Origin: Candidatus Latescibacterota bacterium
GTDB lineage: Bacteria > Latescibacterota > UBA2968 > UBA8231
Length of the DNA stretch: 64,000 nt
Assembly: GCA_965248355.1 (NCBI GenBank)
Contig: OZ252098.1
Location: 5,280,001 to 5,344,000, forward strand
Direction of reading: 5' to 3'
The notes beneath the pieces were generated by a model. That model was not told the origin of the DNA. It ran no database searches and saw only the letters and a program-made list of their open reading frames with translations. This document shows positions 57,527 to 64,000 of this stretch, one piece after another. Made by a program: the position numbers and the translations under genes. Each line of letters begins with the position of its first letter. The stretch's first letter is position 1.

Positions 57527-59652
57527 ACCTTGGAGTCCCGGCCGGTCCGGTGGAGGGCCTTGTAGATGGTGTAGCTCTTGAGGACCTTCTTCACGTAGAG
57601 CCGCGTCTCCCGGTAGGGGATGCGCTCCACGAAGAGGTCCACGTCGTCCAGGGGGAAGCGCTCCAGCCAGCGCCGGGCCACGTGCGGTCCCGCGTTGTAG
57701 GCGGCCAGCCCGAGCTGGAAGCGGAGCCCGCCGCCCGCGGCCTCCGAGAAGGCCCGAACCTGCTCGCCAAGGTAGCGGGTGCCGAGCTGGATGGACAGCC
57801 CCGGATCGAAGAGCTGGCGCCGGTCGAAGGCGTCCAGGCCGAAACGGCGGGCGAGCTTGCGCCCCGTCTGCGGCATGATCTGCATCAGGCCTATGGCCCC
57901 GGCCCGGGAGACGGCGGCCTCGTTGAAGAAGCTCTCCTGGCGGATCACCGACAGCACCAGGTACGGGTCCACCTGCGCCTCGAGGGCGGCGGCGGCGACC
58001 TCTTCCCAGTAGTAGCTCGGGTAGAGGCGGCTCGGATCTCCCGCTTCGCCCAGCCGCGTGGTCAGCACCATGGCGCGCGTGTGCAGCCCCAGCGACTCGT
58101 AAGCCTCGCGCAGCGCCCGCAGGGCCGCCGGGTCGCCTTCGTTGGCCCGCTCCGCCAGGCGCAGCTCCCGCCCGGCCAGGGAGGCCAGTCCCAACTCTCC
58201 CAGCGCCAGGGCCCGCCGGAGGTGACCGGGCTCCCGCACCCGTCCGGGGTCCGGGGCCCTCGACTCGACGACGGGGGCCGGCAGCCGGGCCTCGCCGTAG
58301 CCGAGGCTCACGGCCCGCGCCGAGTAGTACGAACGCGGAAAGCCGCGCCCTGCCCCGGTGAAGTGGCCCCCGGCCGCCTCTTCCCGCCTGAGCCGTCCGG
58401 CGCTCTTGCCGGCCCAGTAGAGACTCTGGTCCACCAGGTGCGGCTGGCTCGCCCGGCGGCTCAGCTCGGCGAATCCGGCCTCGGCCTCCTCGAAGCGCTG
58501 CCGGCAGTAGAGGCTGAAGGCCGCCCCCCAGGAGGCGTCCTCGGCGTGCTCGCTGGACGGGTAGCGCTCGGCCAGGTCGGCGTGGATACTCCCGGCGCGC
58601 TCGAACCGGCCCCGGCGCTCGGCCGCCTTGGCCGCCTGCCAGAGGGCGTCGTCGGCGAGACTGTGGCGCGGATGGCGCCGGGCGAGCCCCACGTAGGCTT
58701 CGATCGCCTCATGTTCGCGGCCGGCTCGCACATCGAGGCCGGCGATGCGGTAGAGGGCCGGCGCCCAGCCGTGATCCCTGTGCAGGCGCTTGTAGGTCGC
58801 GCGCGCCCGGTCGAACTGGCCCGCGCGCCCCAGGGCGCGGCCGAGGGCGTAGGCGGCGTGGGGGGCCAGGTCGTGGCCCGGAGCGTTGCGGACCACCTGC
58901 TGCAGCTCGGGGATGGCGCGCCTGTCCCCGTGCCGGGCGTAGACCTGGGCCCGGGTGTAGCGCTCGTCGACGGTGCGCGGCCGGAAGGGGGCCGCCACCC
59001 GGAGGGCGGTTGGGCTGTCGGGGTAGCGCTCCATCAGCTCCATGAGGGTTTCGCGGCGGCCGGCCTCGTCGCCGACGCGCAGCTGCTCCTCGGAGATGCG
59101 GTGCAGCAGCCAGGCCGAGGGTCCCGAGACGGCGCGCTGGGCGCGGTAGAGGGCGAGGGCCCGGTCGTGGTCGCCGGCGGTCACGTGCAGCCGGGCCAGG
59201 TAGAGGCGGGCGGAGTCGGCCACGGCCTCGTTGCCGCCGTCGGCCAGCAGCTTTTCGTAGGCCGAGGCCGCCTCCGTCCGCCTTGCCAGCAGGTGCAGGG
59301 TGTGGGCCAGCCAGAGACGCCGGTAGGCGTCGATCTCGGGCAACCGGCCCTCGAGCCGCAGCAGGCGGGCATGGGCGCTGTCGTTCAGCCCCAGGGCTCG
59401 CTCGCACACGGCCAGGCGGAAATGGTGGAGGGTGGCGAGGGCGGTGTCCGCCGGCGCTCCGGCCTTGCGGAGGGCGGCGTAGGCCTCCTCGTACCGGTGG
59501 CGGCGGATCAGGACCACGACCTCGGAGGGCGGCGGGGCCAGGGCCGGGGCCTGCTGCGGAGGGCCGCGTCTGAAGAGCCCCGAGGCGAGGGGCAGCAGAA
59601 GCAGCCCGGCCAGGACGGCGGTCCCGAGCGCCGGGCGGAGCATGGCGGCCAT
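57523..59652 (-). CDS. TPR-containing soluble lytic transglycosylase (Slt70-like)
   Basis: N-terminal hydrophobic anchor, TPR helices, IRQES, AIGLMQIMP, AAYNAGP, ETRLYV. Confidence 0.92.
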   Translation of the reverse strand: MAAMLRPALGTAVLAGLLLLPLASGLFRRGPPQQAPALAPPPSEVVVLIRRHRYEEAYAALRKAGAPADTALATLHHFRLAVCERALGLNDSAHARLLRLEGRLPEIDAYRRLWLAHTLHLLARRTEAASAYEKLLADGGNEAVADSARLYLARLHVTAGDHDRALALYRAQRAVSGPSAWLLHRISEEQLRVGDEAGRRETLMELMERYPDSPTALRVAAPFRPRTVDERYTRAQVYARHGDRRAIPELQQVVRNAPGHDLAPHAAYALGRALGRAGQFDRARATYKRLHRDHGWAPALYRIAGLDVRAGREHEAIEAYVGLARRHPRHSLADDALWQAAKAAERRGRFERAGSIHADLAERYPSSEHAEDASWGAAFSLYCRQRFEEAEAGFAELSRRASQPHLVDQSLYWAGKSAGRLRREEAAGGHFTGAGRGFPRSYYSARAVSLGYGEARLPAPVVESRAPDPGRVREPGHLRRALALGELGLASLAGRELRLAERANEGDPAALRALREAYESLGLHTRAMVLTTRLGEAGDPSRLYPSYYWEEVAAAALEAQVDPYLVLSVIRQESFFNEAAVSRAGAIGLMQIMPQTGRKLARRFGLDAFDRRQLFDPGLSIQLGTRYLGEQVRAFSEAAGGGLRFQLGLAAYNAGPHVARRWLERFPLDDVDLFVERIPYRETRLYVKKVLKSYTIYKALHRTGRDSKV

Positions 59653-59756
59653 TGGCGAAACGGAGGCTGATCGTGTGGACGGCGGGGGCCGGGCGGGGAG
59701 TCCCTCCAAGATAGCCCGGGGCTCCGGTGGCCCGCAACCGGGAATAGGGCGCCGGC

Positions 59757-61175
59757 CTAGGGGCGCTTTGGCGCGATGATGTGGGCGCTGAGCCCGTGGT
59801 AGGCCTCGGCGGCCTCCATCAGGGTCTCGGAGAGGGTGGGGTGGGGATGGATGGAGAGGGCCAGGTCCTGCACGAGGGCGGCCATCTCCACGGCCAGGAC
59901 TCCCTCGGCGATCAGCTCGCCGGCGCCCGGCCCGGCGACGCCCACCCCGAGGATGCGCTCGGTGGCGGGCTGGACGAGGAGCTTGGTCACGCCGTCGTTG
60001 CGCCCCAGGGTGATGGCGCGGCCCGAGGCGGACCAGGGGAAGCGGGTGATCGCCACCTCGAGACCCCGGGTCCGGGCCTCGGTCTCGGTGAGACCGCACC
60101 AGGCGATCTCCGGATCGGTGTAGACCACGCTGGGGATGGCGTTGGGCTCGAAGGCGGCGCGCCGGCCGGTCATGACCTCGGCGGCGATCATGCCCTCGTG
60201 GGAGGCGGTGTGGGCCAGGGCCGAGCCGATGACGTCGCCGATGGCGAAGATCGACGGCTCGGCCGTGCGGCGCTGCGCGTCGACCTCGACGAACCCTTTC
60301 GGGTCCAGGGCGACGCGGGTGCTCTCCAGGCCGATCTCCTCCGTGTTCGCGCGCCGGCCCACCGACTGCAGGACGCGGTCGTAGGTCCGGGTCTCGGCCG
60401 GGCCCCCGGCCACCGGCTGCCAGGTCACGGCGAGGCCGCCGGCGGTCTCGGCCGCGGCGGTCACCGCGCACTCGAGGTGGATGGCCTCGAACTGCTCCTC
60501 GAGCCGCTTCTGCAGGACGCGCACGAGGTCGCGGTCGGCCCCCGGGATGAGGCCGTCCGTCATCTCCACCACGGTCACCCGCGACCCGAGGGCCGCGTAG
60601 ACCTGTCCGAGCTCGAGGCCGATGATGCCGCCGCCGACCACGAGCAGGCGCCCGGGAACGTCGGTGAGCTCCAAGGCCCCCGTGGAGTCCATGACCCGGT
60701 CGCTGCCGATGTCGAAGGCGGGCAGGGCGATGGGCCGCGATCCCGTGGCCAGCACGGCGTGCTCGAAGCCGATCTCCCGCCGGCCGCCGTCGTCGCCCTC
60801 GACCTGCAGCGACTGCGGACCGGTGAGGCGCGCGAGGCCGCGCACCAGGGTCACCCCTCGGCCCCTGGCCAGCTGGCCGAGGCCTCCGGACATGTGCGCC
60901 ACCACCCGGTCCCGGTGGGCGCGCAGCTTCTCCAGGTCGATCCGCGGCTCCCCGAAGGAGATCCCCCACTCCTCCGCCTCCCTGGCTTCGGCCAGCAGCC
61001 GGCCCACGTGCAGCAGGGCCTTCGACGGGATGCAGCCCCGGTAGAGGCAGACGCCGCCGGGGCGCTCCTCCGGGTCGACGAGGGTCACCTGGAGACCCAG
61101 GTCGGCGGCGCGGAAGGCGGCCACGTAGCCGCCGGGGCCGCCGCCGATCACGGCGACTTGGGTGCGCTCGGCCAC
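59757..61175 (-). CDS. lpdA: Dihydrolipoyl dehydrogenase
   Basis: GGGPGGY, GGVCLYRGCIPSK, GGGIIGLE, HPHPTLSE. Confidence 0.97.
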   Translation of the reverse strand: MAERTQVAVIGGGPGGYVAAFRAADLGLQVTLVDPEERPGGVCLYRGCIPSKALLHVGRLLAEAREAEEWGISFGEPRIDLEKLRAHRDRVVAHMSGGLGQLARGRGVTLVRGLARLTGPQSLQVEGDDGGRREIGFEHAVLATGSRPIALPAFDIGSDRVMDSTGALELTDVPGRLLVVGGGIIGLELGQVYAALGSRVTVVEMTDGLIPGADRDLVRVLQKRLEEQFEAIHLECAVTAAAETAGGLAVTWQPVAGGPAETRTYDRVLQSVGRRANTEEIGLESTRVALDPKGFVEVDAQRRTAEPSIFAIGDVIGSALAHTASHEGMIAAEVMTGRRAAFEPNAIPSVVYTDPEIAWCGLTETEARTRGLEVAITRFPWSASGRAITLGRNDGVTKLLVQPATERILGVGVAGPGAGELIAEGVLAVEMAALVQDLALSIHPHPTLSETLMEAAEAYHGLSAHIIAPKRP

Positions 61176-61177
61176 GG

Positions 61178-62545
61178 CTAGCTCTCGAAGGCCAGGAAGA
61201 AGGGGTTCTCCAGACCCTGGCAGAGATGGCGCAGGAAGCGGACGCCGTCGGCGCCGTCGATCAGCCGGTGGTCGTAGGAGAGGGAGAGGGGCAGGATCAG
61301 ACGCGGCTGCAGGTCGCCGTCGACGTAGACGGGCTCGGTGCGGCTGCGGGCGGCGCCGAGGATGGCCGCCTGCGGCGCGTTGACGATGGGCGTGAAGGCG
61401 GTGCCGCCGAGGCCGCCGAGGTTGCTCACCGTGAAGGTGCCGCCCTCGAGGTCGGCCACGGCCACCTTGCCGGTGCGCGTCCTCTCCGCCATCTCCCCCA
61501 GCTCCAGGGAGATCTCGGTGACCGACTTCTGGTCCACGTCCCGGATCACGGGCACCAGCAGCCCCCGCGGGGTGTCCACGGCGACGCCGATGTGCACGTA
61601 GTTCTTGAAGACGATCTGCTCGCCGGCCATGTCGATGCTGGCGTTGAAGCTCGGGAAGGCGCGCAGGGCCGAGGCCGCCACCTTGAGGAGGACCGCCGTG
61701 GGCGTCAGCTTGGCGCCGGCCTTCTCCACCTGGGGGGCGTAGCCCTTGCGCCAGGCCTCCAGGGCGGTGATGTCGGCCTGGTCGAACTGGGTCACGTGGG
61801 GGATCGCCGACCAGGCCGCGGCCATGCGCTGCGCGGTGATGCGGCGGACGTTGCTGAAGGGCTCGACCTCGATCTCGCCCCACTTGGAGAAGTCGGGCAG
61901 CGGCGTCTCCGGGGCGTATCCGGGCCCTGAGGGGCGGGTCTCGTGGAGCCGCCTGGAGAGGGCCTTCACGTCCTCGTCGCGGATGCGCCCCCCGGGGCCC
62001 GTGCCCTGGGCTCCGGCGATGTCGACGCCGATCTCGCGGGCCAGCCGGCGCACCGAGGGCGCCGCCGGGATCAGCCTCGGGGGCTCTGCGGCGGGCGGCG
62101 ACGCTTCGGAGGCCCCGCCGCCGTCGGCGCCCACCTCTACGCCGGGATCGGGGGTGCTCTCCGCGGGTGGGGGTGCCGCGGGCCCCGCCTGGGCCTGGGG
62201 GGCCGCTTCCTGGACCGCCGCCCCGGGCGCGGCCCCGGCCGGCTCCTGGATCTCCTGGTCCGGGGCCGCCGGGGGATCTCCGGCCGCGGGGTCACCGCCG
62301 CCGTCGGCGACGACCTCCTCCACCATGAGGATGACCTGGCCCACCTGGGCGCGGTCTCCCTCGGCCACCAGGACCTTGGTCACCGTCCCGCTCACCGTGG
62401 AGGGCACCTCGATGACGGCCTTGTCGGTCTCCAGCTCGATGACGGGCTGGTCCTCGGCCAGGGCGTCGCCCTCGGAGACAAGGACGTTGATGACCTCGCC
62501 CGATTCGATGTTCTCGCCCAGGTCGGGCAGCTTGAAATCGGCCAC
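61178..62545 (-). CDS. aceF: Pyruvate dehydrogenase E2, single lipoyl domain
   Basis: ETDKA lipoyl site, APSVRRLARE, GTGPGGRI, SYDHRLIDGA. Confidence 0.95.
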   Translation of the reverse strand: MADFKLPDLGENIESGEVINVLVSEGDALAEDQPVIELETDKAVIEVPSTVSGTVTKVLVAEGDRAQVGQVILMVEEVVADGGGDPAAGDPPAAPDQEIQEPAGAAPGAAVQEAAPQAQAGPAAPPPAESTPDPGVEVGADGGGASEASPPAAEPPRLIPAAPSVRRLAREIGVDIAGAQGTGPGGRIRDEDVKALSRRLHETRPSGPGYAPETPLPDFSKWGEIEVEPFSNVRRITAQRMAAAWSAIPHVTQFDQADITALEAWRKGYAPQVEKAGAKLTPTAVLLKVAASALRAFPSFNASIDMAGEQIVFKNYVHIGVAVDTPRGLLVPVIRDVDQKSVTEISLELGEMAERTRTGKVAVADLEGGTFTVSNLGGLGGTAFTPIVNAPQAAILGAARSRTEPVYVDGDLQPRLILPLSLSYDHRLIDGADGVRFLRHLCQGLENPFFLAFES

Positions 62546-62553
62546 GGGTCGTC

Positions 62554-64000
62554 CTAGGAAACGGAGGGGTCGGGGGCCTCGGGATCGATGCCGAGGTCGG
62601 CGATGGCCTGCTGCACGGCGGCGGCCTCGATGCGGCCCTCCCCGGCCAAGGCGCTGAGGGCGGCGACGGTGATGTGGCGGGCGTCGACCTCGAAGAAGTC
62701 GCGCAGCTCGGCGCGCCCCTCGCTGCGGCCGAAGCCGTCGGTGCCGAGGGAGACGGGGGGCCTCGGGAACCAGCGGGCGATCGACTCGGGCAGGGCCTTC
62801 ACGTAGTCGGAGGCGATGACGAAGACGCCCTTCTCGTTCTTGAGGCACTGCTGCACGTAGGGCTCCCGCCGCTTTCGCCCAGGGTGCAGGCGGTTCCAGC
62901 GCTCGGCGGCCAGGCCGTCGGCGTGGAGGGACTTGAAGCTGGTGATGCTCCACACGTCGGCGGCCACGCCGTAGCGCTCGTCCAGGATCTCCTGCGCCTG
63001 GAGGGCCATGTTGACGATGGCGCCGGAGCCGAAGAGCTGCGCCTTCAACCGGCGGTTCTTCGGGGCCTTGCGGAAGCGGTACATGCCCTTGAGCACGCCC
63101 TCCTCGACCCCTTCGGGCATGGCCGGCATGGGGTAGGTGTCGTTCTCCACCGTGAGGTAGTAGAAGACGTCCTCCTGCTCGGCGTACATGCGCCGGATGC
63201 CGTCCTCGATGATGATCTCGATCTCGTAGGCGAAGGCCGGGTCGTAGGCGACGAGGTTGGGAACGGTGTAGGCGAGCAGGTGGGAGTTGCCGTCGTCGTG
63301 CTGCAGGCCCTCGCCGGCCAGGGTCGTGCGCCCGGCCGTGCCGCCCACGAGGAATCCCTTGCAGCGCATGTCGCCGGCGAGCCAGATCAGGTCGCCGATG
63401 CGCTGCAGACCGAACATGGAGTAGTAGACGAAGAAGGGGATGGTGTTGATGCCGTGGGTGGCGTAGGCCGTGCCGGCGGCGATGAAGGAGGACATGGACC
63501 CGGCCTCGTTGATCCCCTCTTCGAGGATCTGGCCGTCGGCGGCCTCCTTGTAGTAGGAGACCATCTTGCGGTCCACGGGCTCGTAGAGCTGGCCGCAGTG
63601 GGAGTAGATCCCGAAGGGCCGGAAGAGCGAGTCGAGGCCGAAGGTCCGCGCCTCGTCGGGGATGATGGGCACCACGAGGGAGCCGACCTCCCGGTCGCGC
63701 AGCAGCCGGGTGAGCAGGCGTCCGAAGGCCATGGTGGTGGCCATGGCGCGGCCGCCGGACCCTCGGCGGAACTCCTGGAACAGGCGGCCTGAAGGCATGG
63801 GCAGCGGCCCGGCGCGCACGCTGCGCTGCGGCAGGTAGCCGCCGAGGGCCTGGCGGCGTTCCTTGAGGTAGCGCATCTCCTCGCTGTCCTCGGGGGGCTT
63901 GTAGAACGGGGCCTCGGCCACGGTGTCGTCGTCGATGGGAATGCCGAAGCGGGTGCGGAACTCCCGCAGCTCGTCCTCGTTCAGCTCCTTCTGCTGGTGG
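62554..64000 (-). CDS. aceE: Pyruvate dehydrogenase E1, homodimeric type (5' partial)
   Basis: PDEARTFG, EEGINEAG, YSMFGLQR, GEGLQH, LGTDGFGRS; frame open to the window edge. Confidence 0.97.
   Translation of the reverse strand, partial: HQQKELNEDELREFRTRFGIPIDDDTVAEAPFYKPPEDSEEMRYLKERRQALGGYLPQRSVRAGPLPMPSGRLFQEFRRGSGGRAMATTMAFGRLLTRLLRDREVGSLVVPIIPDEARTFGLDSLFRPFGIYSHCGQLYEPVDRKMVSYYKEAADGQILEEGINEAGSMSSFIAAGTAYATHGINTIPFFVYYSMFGLQRIGDLIWLAGDMRCKGFLVGGTAGRTTLAGEGLQHDDGNSHLLAYTVPNLVAYDPAFAYEIEIIIEDGIRRMYAEQEDVFYYLTVENDTYPMPAMPEGVEEGVLKGMYRFRKAPKNRRLKAQLFGSGAIVNMALQAQEILDERYGVAADVWSITSFKSLHADGLAAERWNRLHPGRKRREPYVQQCLKNEKGVFVIASDYVKALPESIARWFPRPPVSLGTDGFGRSEGRAELRDFFEVDARHITVAALSALAGEGRIEAAAVQQAIADLGIDPEAPDPSVS

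Noticed and set aside
59653..60969. 1148-aa ORF suggesting an N-terminally extended transglycosylase
   Set aside because: The extension is an off-frame read of lpdA.

Overview
High-GC bacterial chromosomal window. It holds housekeeping genes (thyA, tRNA-Glu(CTC), eukaryote-type hisA, rsmD, mutY, a soluble lytic transglycosylase, the aceE-aceF-lpdA operon) and many catabolic enzymes: five PhyH-family dioxygenases, two enolase-superfamily dehydratases, GGT and two DmpA/BapA peptidases. Several AT-richer accessory patches are eroded by deletions. The gene content (PhyH expansion, YWTD/cadherin/FN3 surface protein, FlgD-type C-termini, TA remnants) resembles uncultured sponge-associated lineages such as Latescibacterota; this is inference only. 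Most notable items: (1) a tandem RND pair whose second subunit is fused to an intact ABC ATPase, with a membrane insertion splitting the NBD, and is coupled to an ABC-2-type permease; (2) a ~1,980-aa exported YWTD/Ig/cadherin/FN3 protein ending in a phosphohistidine + ATP-grasp dikinase module, preceded by a consensus sigma-54 promoter with upstream palindromes; (3) a bacterial OSGIN-like flavoprotein coupled to ggt; (4) a glycoside-hydrolase-like gene flanked by a 114-bp duplication that gives it a neighbour's upstream region and first codons; (5) a type I R-M locus dismantled by in-frame deletions; (6) a PhyH paralog with an HxG halogenase-type motif. All calls come from reading motifs by eye. 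No searches were run, and start codons were chosen from RBS or overlap evidence.
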